Assembly: GCA_003551425.1 (NCBI GenBank)
Contig: PUMP01000048.1
Coordinates: 2,825 to 66,824 of the forward strand
DNA: 64,000 bases
Origin: Candidatus Nealsonbacteria bacterium
Lineage (GTDB): Bacteria > Patescibacteriota > Minisyncoccia > Minisyncoccales > PWPS01
Reading direction: 5' to 3'
Below, in pieces: positions 36,502 to 46,236 of this stretch. Positions within the stretch are counted from its first letter, which is position 1. Each line of letters starts with the position of its first letter. Under the pieces are notes generated by a model that saw only the letters and a list, made by a program, of their open reading frames with translations, searched no databases and was not told the DNA's origin. Position numbers and translations under genes: made by a program.

Positions 36502-37100
36502 GAATTAAAAATAAAAGAGTTATAATTGTTTCGGGTGAAAGAAGGAGGGAAGCGGCCCAAGTAATTAATTTTGTTCTAAAACAAAAATATTCTGTTCTTT
36601 GGATTAAAGGTTTTCCGGGATTTTTTCAATTTCTTTCTGCGTTACGGAAAGAGGTAATTATCATTGAAGACGATCTAAGTCTTGATCCCCAAAAGCTTAA
36701 GGGTATTATTTCCAAAAACTCACTTCTCTTGGTTACGGAAATAAAAAGCAAAACGAGGATAAAAAAAATTCTTGCGGCATTTCCTTCCAAAGGGTTTTTG
36801 GTAATGGACTTTTCAATAGCGAGAAGATTAAAAGGAAAAAGCTTTAAAAGACTCTTTACTTTTGGAATCGAAAGAAAGAAAGCGGATTTTTATGTTAGTA
36901 ATATCAGCAAAGGAGAAGAAGAAACCAATTTTAAGGTTAACTATAAAGGAAATATTATTCCTTTTTGGACAAAAGGACAATTAAGTGAAAAAGAAGTTTA
37001 CGGCATTCTTTCCGCTCTCTGTGTGGGAGAAATCTTTCGTATTAATTTATCCGATATATCTCAAAGAATAAGAGATAGTTTTTACTTTACAGAGAGGTAA
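36498..37100 (+). CDS. degenerate Mur-ligase (MurF-like) central-domain protein
   Basis: Follows ftsI; IIVSGERRREAAQVINFVL replaces ITGSxGKT; TFG...ADF and VYGILSALCVG segments are retained. Confidence 0.55.
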   Translation: MRIKNKRVIIVSGERRREAAQVINFVLKQKYSVLWIKGFPGFFQFLSALRKEVIIIEDDLSLDPQKLKGIISKNSLLLVTEIKSKTRIKKILAAFPSKGFLVMDFSIARRLKGKSFKRLFTFGIERKKADFYVSNISKGEEETNFKVNYKGNIIPFWTKGQLSEKEVYGILSALCVGEIFRINLSDISQRIRDSFYFTER

Positions 37101-37125
37101 AATTTTGTTACTATCTTCTAAGTAA

Positions 37126-37201
37126 GGCCCCATCGTCTAGTGGCTTAGGACGCCGGGTTCTCAGTCCGGTAACACGGGTTCAAATCCCGTTGGGGTCACC
37201 A
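37126..37201 (+). tRNA. tRNA-Glu (CTC)
   Basis: Acceptor GGCCCCA/TGGGGTC; anticodon arm CCGGG-TTCTCAG-TCCGG; encoded CCA. Confidence 0.95.
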
Positions 37202-37220
37202 AAGTAAATTTAAAGAAATA

Positions 37221-38327
37221 ATGAAAATTTTATACGGGATTTCGATTCTTGCAGGGACAATAATCGGAGCGGGTCTTTTTTCGTTACCTTATATAACTTC
37301 TATAGTAGGTATCCAAATAATGATTGGATACTTAATTGTTTTAGGAATAGTTGCTATTTTAGTTCATTATTTTCTTGGAGAGATTAGCCTTAAGACTCCT
37401 GATTTTTTGCGTTTGCCCGGATTTGCCAAATATCACTTAGGGAAAAATGCCGAGAAGATAGCTTATGTATCCGGAATACTGGGCCTAATAGGAGCTATTC
37501 TTGCTTATTTAATTTTGGGAGGTGAATTTTTGAATGCGCTTCTTTCTCCTCTTTTTGGAGGAGAGATGATTCATTATCTGGTTTTTTATTTTGTTTTTTC
37601 TTCTCTTTTTGTTTATTCCGGTATAAAAGCAATTTCTAAAGTGGAGTTTTGGGGAATTATAGCCTTCGTTGTGTTGCTTCTTTTAGTTTTTTCCAAAGGC
37701 TTCTCTCATATATCTCTGGAAAATATAATTTTTACAAGAGAAGATTCCTTTGATTTTTTTCTTCCTTACGGAGCAGTGCTTTTTGCTCTTTGGGGCGGAG
37801 CGCTGGTGCCGGAGATAGAGGAGTTGCTTAGGGGGCAGAAAGAAAAGCTTCGCCTGGTTATTCCTTTGGGGTTACTGGTCTCTATTTTAATATCTTTCTT
37901 TTTCATTGTAGTTATCTTGGGAATTACCGGAGGAAATACTACGAAAGAAGCTTTAGTGGGTCTTGAGAATTATTTAGGTGACGGGATAACCAGCCTTATG
38001 CTTATTTTCGGATTACTTGTCACTTTTACTTCTCTTGTAACTATTGGCCTTACTGTAAAAAAGATATTTTGGTATGACTTAAAAATGCCTCATCACCTTT
38101 CATGGATAATTACTTGTTTTACACCTCTTTTTCTTTTTCTGCTCGGAGCAAGAGATTTTATTGTGGTTATTGGAATTGCGGGAGCGGTTATGATCGCCAT
38201 AGACGCCATTTTGATTTCTTTAATGTATGAAAAAATAAAATCAAAAAAGGTCAGGCTTATTACTTACCCTTTAATTGTACTTTTCTTTCTTGGTATTATT
38301 TATGAAATAGTTTATTTTATAAGGTAA
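37221..38327 (+). CDS. aromatic amino acid permease family transporter
   Basis: GTIIGAGLFSLP, LPYGAVLFALWG, about 11 TMs. Confidence 0.85.
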   Translation: MKILYGISILAGTIIGAGLFSLPYITSIVGIQIMIGYLIVLGIVAILVHYFLGEISLKTPDFLRLPGFAKYHLGKNAEKIAYVSGILGLIGAILAYLILGGEFLNALLSPLFGGEMIHYLVFYFVFSSLFVYSGIKAISKVEFWGIIAFVVLLLLVFSKGFSHISLENIIFTREDSFDFFLPYGAVLFALWGGALVPEIEELLRGQKEKLRLVIPLGLLVSILISFFFIVVILGITGGNTTKEALVGLENYLGDGITSLMLIFGLLVTFTSLVTIGLTVKKIFWYDLKMPHHLSWIITCFTPLFLFLLGARDFIVVIGIAGAVMIAIDAILISLMYEKIKSKKVRLITYPLIVLFFLGIIYEIVYFIR

Positions 38328-39262
38328 TGATTTTTTTATATATCGCCATTTTCATTTTTTCCTGCCTTTTGATTATTTTATCCAGCAGATGGGTAATCGA
38401 TGCGCTTTACAGATTAACTGTTCGATTAAAATGGAAAGAGTTTGTGGTTGCTTTCTTTACTGTCTCCATAGGAGCCGTGCTCCCGGAACTTTTTATTGGT
38501 ATTCGATCGGCATTAAAAGGGGTTCCGGAGATGGCCTTTGGAAGTATTATAGGACAGAATATAGTTTTATTTACTTTGTCTGTTGCCATTTGCACCTTTA
38601 TTCTTCATGAAATAAAAGTGGAAAGCAGGACGGTACGAGCAGGAACAACTTTTGCTCTGTGTTCTGTTATTTTGCCCTTTATTTTTCTCTTAAACGGAGA
38701 GATTAGCCGCTTTAACGGAGTTATTCTTATTGCCTTTTGTTTTTTATATATTTATTGGATGTTTTCGGAAAGAGACCGTTTTTTGAAGCCTTGCGGAGAG
38801 CTTTTAACCGAAAGCTCGTTATTGAAAGATATCGGTATTATTTTTTCCGGACTTTTACTTGTTGTTGTCTCTGCGGAAGGTATTGTTTTTACCGCCCAAA
38901 GCTTTAGCGAAACTTTGAATATTCCCATTGTTCTTTTCGGTGTTTTTGCGGTAGGACTGGGAGTTGCTCTTCCGGAAACCTTTTTTTCTGCGATGCTTGC
39001 TCGAAAAGGGCAGTCGTGGATGATATTGGGAGGATTAATGGGAGCGGTCGCTTTGTCTTCAACGCTGGTTTTAGGGATAGTTGCGCTTATTAGTCCTATC
39101 AAGATAGATTATTTTTCTCCACTTGCGATTCTTTTCCTCATTGTAGGAGGGGTTTTCCTCCTTTTCTTTGTTCGTACCAATAATAAAATAACAAAGAAAG
39201 AGGCAGGGGTTCTTCTTTTAATTTATTTTCTTTTTCTTTTCTTTGAATATATGGCACTTTGA
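38327..39262 (+). CDS. sodium:calcium antiporter family protein
   Basis: GAVLPEL and GVALPET divergent alpha repeats. Confidence 0.8.
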   Translation: MIFLYIAIFIFSCLLIILSSRWVIDALYRLTVRLKWKEFVVAFFTVSIGAVLPELFIGIRSALKGVPEMAFGSIIGQNIVLFTLSVAICTFILHEIKVESRTVRAGTTFALCSVILPFIFLLNGEISRFNGVILIAFCFLYIYWMFSERDRFLKPCGELLTESSLLKDIGIIFSGLLLVVVSAEGIVFTAQSFSETLNIPIVLFGVFAVGLGVALPETFFSAMLARKGQSWMILGGLMGAVALSSTLVLGIVALISPIKIDYFSPLAILFLIVGGVFLLFFVRTNNKITKKEAGVLLLIYFLFLFFEYMAL

Positions 39263-39270
39263 GGTTTCTT

Positions 39271-39292
39271 TGATATAATAAACTAAAGGTCG
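39271..39292 (+). promoter_or_regulatory. extended -10 plus AAAGGTCG leader motif
   Basis: TGaTATAAT (39271-39279); AAAGGTCG at 39285-39292, 29 nt before the ATG. Confidence 0.72.
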
Positions 39293-39321
39293 TTATTGTT
39301 AAAATAAGTGCTTATATATAA

Positions 39322-39567
39322 ATGGAAAAACAAATAGGCGAAGTCTCTCATTTTTTCGGAAATATCGGAGTTGCAATTATTGATCTTTCGGAGGAACTGG
39401 AAATAGGAGATAAAATAAGATTCTTGGGAGGGGAGACGGACTTTGAGCAGGAGGTTAAATCGATGGAAATAGATCATGAGAAAGTGGATAGAGCTTCCCG
39501 TGGAAGTTCGGTAGGAATAAAGACGAAGGAAAAAGTGAGAGAAGGCTATAAAGTTTATAAGGTTTAG
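39322..39567 (+). CDS. small translation-factor-like beta-barrel protein (EF-Tu domain 2/U32 C-terminal-like)
   Basis: IGEVSHFFGNIGVA, VKSMEIDHEKV, VGIK...VREGYKVYK. Confidence 0.8.
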   Translation: MEKQIGEVSHFFGNIGVAIIDLSEELEIGDKIRFLGGETDFEQEVKSMEIDHEKVDRASRGSSVGIKTKEKVREGYKVYKV

Positions 39568-39653
39568 CTTTTTATTTCAGCTTACTAAAAGACACATGAA
39601 AAATGTGTAAGTATTTGATATTTTTATTTTTTAGTGTTATTATATAGTGTCTT

Positions 39654-40610
39654 ATGACAGAAATTTTGTTTGTAATTGTCCTTTTTTCATTTCTTTTCGT
39701 TACTTTATTTTTTTTGCGTAGAGAAAGCCTTGAAACAGAGCGCAGATTAACCGAAGTAATAAACAGAGAACTCAAAGAAATAAGAGGGAATGTAGACTTT
39801 ACTTCTAAAACCATGAATGAGCAGATCTCTTCTTTTACGAAAGAAACGGTCGGTATTAGGCAAGAGATGGAAGGAGTACAAGAAGCGATAAAAGGAATCT
39901 CTTCTTTTCAAGAGTTTTTTCGCGCTCCTAAGGTAAGAGGGAAGTGGGGAGAAGCAAACCTTAAGCACTTGCTTCAGGAATATTTTCCCGAAGAGCTTTA
40001 CTCTACTCAGTATCGTTTTTCTTCCGGAGAAACAGTTGATGCCGTGTTAAAGCTTCCCAATAAAAAAATTCTTCCCATTGATGCCAAGTTTCCTTTTGAT
40101 AATTTTCGAAAAATGATTGAAACGGAAGAGGAGAAAGATATTTACCGTAAAAAGTTTCTGGAAGATGTAAAGCATAGAATTCGAGAAATTTCGGAAAAGT
40201 ACATTATTCCATCGGAAGAAACGGTTGATTTTGCAATAATGTATATTCCCGCCGAAGCGGTTTATTACGAAATAAATATGAGTCGTGATATTGACGTTGC
40301 GGAATATGCCCGTTCACGTAAAATCATTCTTTCTTCGCCCAATACTTTTTATCTTACTTTGCGTGCCGTAGAGCAATGGTTTCGGGATACGCAAATTACC
40401 ACCAAAGCTCATGAAGTAATGAAAAGATTATTGCGTGTTGAAAAAGACGGAGAGGTCCTTGCTAATGAGTTTCGTAAAATGGGCCTTCACTTAAAAAATA
40501 CCGTAACTTCATACAAAGCATCAAGAAAAAGAGTTTCTTTGTTTGAAAGAAGAGTGAAAGGAGTTTTAAAAGATAATAAAATAACTACTCCGAAAAAGAA
40601 GGAAGATTAA
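39654..40610 (+). CDS. rmuC: DNA recombination protein RmuC
   Basis: RGKWGE, IDAKFP, KYI, DFAIMYIPAE, SPNT. Confidence 0.92.
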   Translation: MTEILFVIVLFSFLFVTLFFLRRESLETERRLTEVINRELKEIRGNVDFTSKTMNEQISSFTKETVGIRQEMEGVQEAIKGISSFQEFFRAPKVRGKWGEANLKHLLQEYFPEELYSTQYRFSSGETVDAVLKLPNKKILPIDAKFPFDNFRKMIETEEEKDIYRKKFLEDVKHRIREISEKYIIPSEETVDFAIMYIPAEAVYYEINMSRDIDVAEYARSRKIILSSPNTFYLTLRAVEQWFRDTQITTKAHEVMKRLLRVEKDGEVLANEFRKMGLHLKNTVTSYKASRKRVSLFERRVKGVLKDNKITTPKKKED

Positions 40611-40626
40611 TTTTTCGGTGAAAAAG

Positions 40627-40953
40627 ATGATAGCAGTAATACATACCGGAGGAAAGCAATATCTTGTTTCTCCCGGGGATAAAATAAAAATTGAAAAAAT
40701 AGAAGAAAAAGAGGGAAGCCAGGTAAGCTTTGACAAGGTTCTTCTTTTTGAGGACGATAAGGGTATCGTAAGCCTTGGTACTCCTTATCTTGAAGGAGCC
40801 GAAGTGAAAGGGAAGGTTTTACGCGAAGGAAGAGACGAGAAAAAGATAGTGTTTAAGTATAAGCCTAAAAAAAGATACAAAGTAAAAAAGGGACACAGAC
40901 AACCATTTACAGAGGTTGAAATAAAAGAGATTAACGTTAAAAAAAGTAAATAG
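40627..40953 (+). CDS. rplU: 50S ribosomal protein L21
   Basis: AVIHTGGKQY, GTPY, GHRQPFT. Confidence 0.96.
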   Translation: MIAVIHTGGKQYLVSPGDKIKIEKIEEKEGSQVSFDKVLLFEDDKGIVSLGTPYLEGAEVKGKVLREGRDEKKIVFKYKPKKRYKVKKGHRQPFTEVEIKEINVKKSK

Positions 40954-40961
40954 AACTTTTG

Positions 40962-41573
40962 TTACTTTCTTTCTCTAAGCGCTGAGCTGAGAGTCTCTTC
41001 ATCCGCATATTCCAACTCGCTTCCGGTAGAAAGTCCTCTTCTCGGGCGAGTTATTTTTATTTTTAACGGTTCTAAAGCGCGCATTAAGTAAAGCGCTGTC
41101 GCCTCTCCTTCCGTATTTTGATTGGTAGCGATGATCACTTCTTTTATTGAAGGAAGATGAAAGGACTTCGGATTTGATATTCTTTCTTTTAATTCCTTTA
41201 TTCTAATATTTCTAATCTCTTCTTTTTTTAAAGTGGAAACGGTTCCTCCGAGGATAAAATAAATGCCGTTATATTCTTTTATCTTTTCTATAGAGAAAAG
41301 ATCTACCTCTTTTTCTACTACACAAATAATACTTTTATCTCTCTTTTTGTCTTTGCATATGGAGCAAAACTCATCCTTCCCTTGAAAGGAATGGAAGCAG
41401 AGCTTGCATTTTTTTACCGATTCTTGCACCTCTCGCAAAGCGGAAATAATCTCTTCTATTTTTTCCGAAGATAGGCTGGAACAATAAAAGGCGAACCTGG
41501 TTGCTGTTCGCGGACCTACCGTAGGAAAGCGAGTGAAAAGATTAATTAATTTTTCTATTGCCGGCGGGTACAT
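40962..41573 (-). CDS. recR: recombination mediator RecR
   Basis: PTVGPRTA, C4 zinc finger, ICVVE, EGEATA, LEYADEETL. Confidence 0.95.
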   Translation of the reverse strand: MYPPAIEKLINLFTRFPTVGPRTATRFAFYCSSLSSEKIEEIISALREVQESVKKCKLCFHSFQGKDEFCSICKDKKRDKSIICVVEKEVDLFSIEKIKEYNGIYFILGGTVSTLKKEEIRNIRIKELKERISNPKSFHLPSIKEVIIATNQNTEGEATALYLMRALEPLKIKITRPRRGLSTGSELEYADEETLSSALRERK

Positions 41574-42919
41574 TAGTGGCTTTTATCTAAATTTTTAAAA
41601 GAAGCGGTGTTTTCGTCAAAGTAAAGCTCAATTTTGCCGATAGGACCGTTACGATGTTTGGCGACGATAATATCCGCAACATTTTTCCTCGAAGTATCTT
41701 GGCGATAGTAATCTTCACGGTAGATAAACATTACTACATCAGCATCTTGTTCCAATGCACCGGTTTCTCTAAGATCGGAGAGCCTTGGGACTTGCGGGGT
41801 TCTTTGTTCGACAGCACGAGAGAGCTGGGAAAGAGCGAGAACCGGAACGTTTAATTCTTTAGCCAGTGATTTTAGTTCCCGAGATATCTCTGTCATTTGC
41901 TGCACCATGGAAGGGCTTTGCGAGCGCGGTTGCATTAACTGAAGGTAATCTATAATGATTAATCCCAATCCTTTCTCGGCTTGCAGTCTTCGAGCCATAG
42001 TGCGCATCTGCATAACATTAAAGGAGCTTGCGTCGTCAATATAGATGGGAGCGTTTGCAAGATTCTCAAAAGACTCTCTGATTTTTGTAAAATCATTATT
42101 TTCGCCTTGTTTTTTCAAATTTCCAGTACGGAGTTTCCACAAATTTATTCCGGATATGTCGGCGATAAGGCGGTCCACTATTTGATCAACGGACATTTCC
42201 AAGCTGAATATCCCTACCGGAGTGTTGTTGTTTAAAGCTACATTTTTTGCGATATTGGATGCGAATCCACTTTTTCCCATGCTCGGTCTTGCTGCAAGAA
42301 TTATCAGATCGGAGTTTTGTAAACCGGAGAGAATATTGTCCAGGTCAAAGAAGCCCGTAGGAACGCCCCTTGCTTTTCCCTCTTCATTAGAGAGCTTTTC
42401 TATTCTACCAAAAGCATCTTCCAAGGTTTCTTTAATGGGAATAAAGTTCTTTTGAAAGGAGTTATGCGTAATGCTGAAGATTCTTTTTTCCGCTTCGTCG
42501 AGAAGAATATCAACATCTTTTTTTTCGTCGTAAGCGGAGATACTTATTTCCTGTCCGGAGTTTATAAGGTCCCGGAGGACGCGCTTTCGACGGACAATAT
42601 TAGCGTAGTCGACTACGTGACTTGCGGTAGGAACGGAGTTTACCAGAGTGGTAAGGTAGCTTTTACCGCCTATCTCTTCCAGAAGTTTTTTCTCTTGAAG
42701 GCGAGTGGATACGGATAAAAGATCAATTGCATCTTTACGGTTAAAGAGTTCGGTTATAGCTTCGTAGATATCATGATGTGACTTTTTATAAAAATCTCTT
42801 GCATTTAAAAAATCGGCAATCCTGTAAATTGCGTCCGCGTCTATCATAAGGGATCCCAGCAGAGATTGTTCTGCTTCAATATTTTGAGGAGGAAGTTTTT
42901 CGATGTTTTCTTGAGACAT
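41573..42919 (-). CDS. dnaB: replicative DNA helicase
   Basis: PPQNIEAEQS, AARPSMGKS, IDYLQL, LSQLSR, DLRETGALEQDAD, KHRNGP. Confidence 0.97.
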   Translation of the reverse strand: MSQENIEKLPPQNIEAEQSLLGSLMIDADAIYRIADFLNARDFYKKSHHDIYEAITELFNRKDAIDLLSVSTRLQEKKLLEEIGGKSYLTTLVNSVPTASHVVDYANIVRRKRVLRDLINSGQEISISAYDEKKDVDILLDEAEKRIFSITHNSFQKNFIPIKETLEDAFGRIEKLSNEEGKARGVPTGFFDLDNILSGLQNSDLIILAARPSMGKSGFASNIAKNVALNNNTPVGIFSLEMSVDQIVDRLIADISGINLWKLRTGNLKKQGENNDFTKIRESFENLANAPIYIDDASSFNVMQMRTMARRLQAEKGLGLIIIDYLQLMQPRSQSPSMVQQMTEISRELKSLAKELNVPVLALSQLSRAVEQRTPQVPRLSDLRETGALEQDADVVMFIYREDYYRQDTSRKNVADIIVAKHRNGPIGKIELYFDENTASFKNLDKSH

Positions 42920-44301
42920 TATTTCTTTTTTATTTTATACCCTTGTTTTGTGTCTTCTATTTTGTAACCTTTATCTTCAATCTTTTTTCTTATTTCATCA
43001 GCTTTCCGAAAATCTTGTTTTTCCTTCGCTTGCTTTCTTTCTTCTACCAGTTTTTTTAAATCTTCGTCCATTAAATAACTATCTACGGAATGATACAATC
43101 TTTCTTCTTTGGGAGCGAGAATGAAGCCGAAGATAGAGTCCAGTTCTTTTAAGAAACTTTTAACTTCTTTTTTGTTTATTTCTTCCATTTTTAAGCTTGC
43201 CTTGGAGATGAAAGAAAAGAGCGAAGCGATCGCAACGGGCGTGTTAAAGTCATCTTGCAGCGCTTCGTTAATTTTCTTTCTGTACTCTTCTATGAGCTCT
43301 TTATTTTCGGAGGTGCTTTCTTTTTCTTCTACAAAGCAGACAAATTGATCTATTTTTCTCAGCTCTTGCTCGATCTGCTTTATTTTGTTTTCTTCGTAAT
43401 CAATCGCTGAGCGGTAATGGGATTTTAATACTAAGAATCTTAATATCCTTGGGGAGTGATTTTTAATGAATTCTCTGATAGTGATAAAGTTACCGAGAGA
43501 TTTAGACATCTTCTCTCCTTTTACGGTTAGAAATCCGGTATGTATCCAGTGCCTTACAAAGGGCTTTTTCCCCGATATTGCTTCCATTAAGGCTATTTCC
43601 GCTTCGTGATGGGGGAACATAAGGTCTCTTGCTCCTCCGTGTATGTCGTACTGCATTCCGAAGTATTTTTCGGAGATGGCGGTGTCTTCAATGTGCCATC
43701 CCGGCCTTCCTTCTCCCCACGGACTTTTCCATTTTGGCTCGTCTTCTTTTGAGAACTTCCAAATGCAAAAATCTCCTTTGTTTTTTTTCTTAACACTTTC
43801 GTCAATTCTTGATGTTCCGTCTTCCGCCTGTTTGGTCGTTCTTTTGGAAAGCTTCCCGTATTCCTTGAATTTGGAGATATTGTAATATATTCCGTCGTCG
43901 GCAAGATAAGCGAAGTCTTTTTCAAGCAGTCTTTTTGTTTGGCTGATAATCTCTTCAATGTGCTCGGTTGCGCGAGCATATTTATCGATACTGTCTATTT
44001 TTAAATCCTTGCTGTCGTGGAGATACTCTTCTTCAAACTTTTTAGCGAGAACAAAACTTGATTTTTTTTCTTCCAGAGCTCTTTTTATGATCTTGTCGTC
44101 GATATCGGTAATGTTTTGCAGATAAAACACTTCATATTTTAGGCTGCGTAAGTACTTAACGAAGGAATCGAAGAAAACATAGGTTCTGGCGTGTCCGATA
44201 TGCGCGTAATCGTAAACGGTTGGCCCGCAAACAAAAAAATTAATCTTTTTATCGGTTAAAGAATCTTTTTCTTGAGAAAGCGTGTTATACATCTTGACCA
44301 T
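42919..44301 (-). CDS. cysS: cysteine--tRNA ligase
   Basis: CGPTVY, HIGH, PGWHIED, FPHHE, KMSKS. Confidence 0.96.
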   Translation of the reverse strand: MVKMYNTLSQEKDSLTDKKINFFVCGPTVYDYAHIGHARTYVFFDSFVKYLRSLKYEVFYLQNITDIDDKIIKRALEEKKSSFVLAKKFEEEYLHDSKDLKIDSIDKYARATEHIEEIISQTKRLLEKDFAYLADDGIYYNISKFKEYGKLSKRTTKQAEDGTSRIDESVKKKNKGDFCIWKFSKEDEPKWKSPWGEGRPGWHIEDTAISEKYFGMQYDIHGGARDLMFPHHEAEIALMEAISGKKPFVRHWIHTGFLTVKGEKMSKSLGNFITIREFIKNHSPRILRFLVLKSHYRSAIDYEENKIKQIEQELRKIDQFVCFVEEKESTSENKELIEEYRKKINEALQDDFNTPVAIASLFSFISKASLKMEEINKKEVKSFLKELDSIFGFILAPKEERLYHSVDSYLMDEDLKKLVEERKQAKEKQDFRKADEIRKKIEDKGYKIEDTKQGYKIKKK

Positions 44302-44377
44302 ATAACGATATTTTACCACAATAACGAAGAAAGACAAACTTTGAACTTAGGTCCGTTTTGAGCTATACTAATCTTGT

Positions 44378-44953
44378 ATGACAGCCGAAATACAAACTTT
44401 CTTTGCCGCCATGGTGCCTTTCTTGGAATTGAGAGCGGCAATTCCCGTAGCGATATTAGTCTACGGAATGAGCCCTTCTGCCGCTTATTTCTGGGCCGTT
44501 TTGGGGAATATCATTCCGATTTTTATTATCCTAGCTTTCTTGGAGCCGGTTTCTTTATGGCTCTCCCGTAATTTTTCTTTTATGCGGCGTTTCTTTGATT
44601 ATCTGTTTGAGAAAACAAGACGAAAGCATACCGGTAGAGTGGGTAAGTACGGATTTCTTGCCCTCTTCCTGTTTACGGCTATTCCTCTTCCCGTTTCCGG
44701 AGCTTGGACGGCATCGCTTGTTGTTTTTCTTTTCGGGTTACCTTACTTAAAGTCGGTTATTTCCATCATTTCGGGAGTACTTCTTGCCGGAGTTGTCGTA
44801 ACTTTTATCACTCAAGCCGGGATAAGTGTTAAAGACAGTTACGGAGTGCAGGTTATGGGAGGATTTCTTCTCCTTGTTTTATTTATTTATTTTGTTTATT
44901 ATCGAAGGAGGGTTAATTATAAAAAAGATGTCCGAAATAGCGCTTTATCGTAA
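44378..44953 (+). CDS. small multi-drug export family (COG2426) membrane protein
   Basis: PFLELRAAIP, FTAIPLPVSGAWT. Confidence 0.85.
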   Translation: MTAEIQTFFAAMVPFLELRAAIPVAILVYGMSPSAAYFWAVLGNIIPIFIILAFLEPVSLWLSRNFSFMRRFFDYLFEKTRRKHTGRVGKYGFLALFLFTAIPLPVSGAWTASLVVFLFGLPYLKSVISIISGVLLAGVVVTFITQAGISVKDSYGVQVMGGFLLLVLFIYFVYYRRRVNYKKDVRNSALS

Positions 44954-46058
44954 ATACAGGCCGCAGAAATTTTCCGAAGTAGTAGGGCAGGAGTATGTGG
45001 TAAAAATTCTGCTTAATGCCATCTCCTCCGGAAAGGTTTCTCATGCTTATCTTTTTTGCGGGCCGAGAGGTTGCGGGAAAACTACCGTGGCTCGTCTTTT
45101 AGCTAAAGCGGTAAACTGTGAAAAGAAAGACAACCCCGATCCTTGCAATAAATGTTCTTCTTGTCTTGAAATAAAGGAAGGAAATGCCGTAGATTTAACG
45201 GAGATTGACGCGGCGTCGCACAGGGGAATTGACGAAATAAGAGAGCTTCGGGACGGGATTCGTTTTTCACCCGCGAAGCTTGATTATAAGGTAATTATCT
45301 TGGACGAGGTTCATCAGCTTACCACAGGAGCTTTCAACGCTCTTTTAAAGATGTTAGAAGAGGCGCCGTCTCACGCTATTTTTATTCTCGCCACCACGCA
45401 GCCGCAAAAAGTTATTCCTACCATTATTTCCCGTTGTCAGCGTTTTGATTTTCGCAAAATCACTGTTCCGGAGATAGTGAAAAAATTAAAGAAAATTGCG
45501 AAAAAGGAAGGGTACGAAGCCGAAGACGAAGTACTAAAGCTGATTGCGGTAGCGGCGGGAGGAGCCCTTCGTGACGCGGAAAGCCTTTTGTCACAGATGA
45601 TGTCTTTTACTTTGAAAGGTGGGGTTATAAGGAAGGAGGACGTTAAGGATCTTTTGGGAGTAATGGAGAAAAAAGTAATGAGTGATTTTATAGACTCCCT
45701 TTTGCGTCGAGACTCCGAGGGCGCGATAAAGATTATGGATGAGGTTTTCTCCCACGGTACCGATCCGGAAGACTTTTATCAAAATTTAATACACTACTTA
45801 CGTGAAATGATGGTACTAAAAATTGTCTCCGGAAGGGAAGGGACGTTTTTAGAATCTTTAATGGCCACTTTCACAAAAGAAGAAATTAAAAAAATAGAAG
45901 AGCAAACTCAAAAGATCAACGAAGAAGGAATAAGAAGAATGATTGATGTTTTCCTTCAAGCGGGGGAGAAAATAAAGTATTCTCCCATTCCTCAACTTCC
46001 CCTTGAATTGGCGGTTACGGAGATAGCGGAGGGGTCCGATGTTACGGGAAAGGGTTGA
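44928..46058 (+). CDS. dnaX: DNA polymerase III subunit gamma/tau (short form)
   Basis: LYRKYRP, GPRGCGKTT, DAAS, LDEVH, SRCQRF. Confidence 0.95.
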   Translation: MSEIALYRKYRPQKFSEVVGQEYVVKILLNAISSGKVSHAYLFCGPRGCGKTTVARLLAKAVNCEKKDNPDPCNKCSSCLEIKEGNAVDLTEIDAASHRGIDEIRELRDGIRFSPAKLDYKVIILDEVHQLTTGAFNALLKMLEEAPSHAIFILATTQPQKVIPTIISRCQRFDFRKITVPEIVKKLKKIAKKEGYEAEDEVLKLIAVAAGGALRDAESLLSQMMSFTLKGGVIRKEDVKDLLGVMEKKVMSDFIDSLLRRDSEGAIKIMDEVFSHGTDPEDFYQNLIHYLREMMVLKIVSGREGTFLESLMATFTKEEIKKIEEQTQKINEEGIRRMIDVFLQAGEKIKYSPIPQLPLELAVTEIAEGSDVTGKG

Positions 46059-46096
46059 AGAAAAGGCAAAAATAGATTATTATAGGCGGGAGTTAA

Positions 46097-46169
46097 TGCG
46101 GGATGGTGTAATTGGTAACACGCCACGCTTTGGACGTGGAGTTTCCAGGTTCGAGTCCTGGTCCCGCAG
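46097..46169 (+). tRNA. tRNA-Gln (TTG)
   Basis: Acceptor TGCGGGA/TCCCGCA; anticodon arm CCACG-CTTTGGA-CGTGG; GGTTCGAG T-loop. Confidence 0.95.
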
Positions 46170-46236
46170 CAAAGGGTAAGAGCGAAAATTCTCGATAGGC
46201 TATCGAGATTTTTTTTATGTGTTATAATGAATAAAT

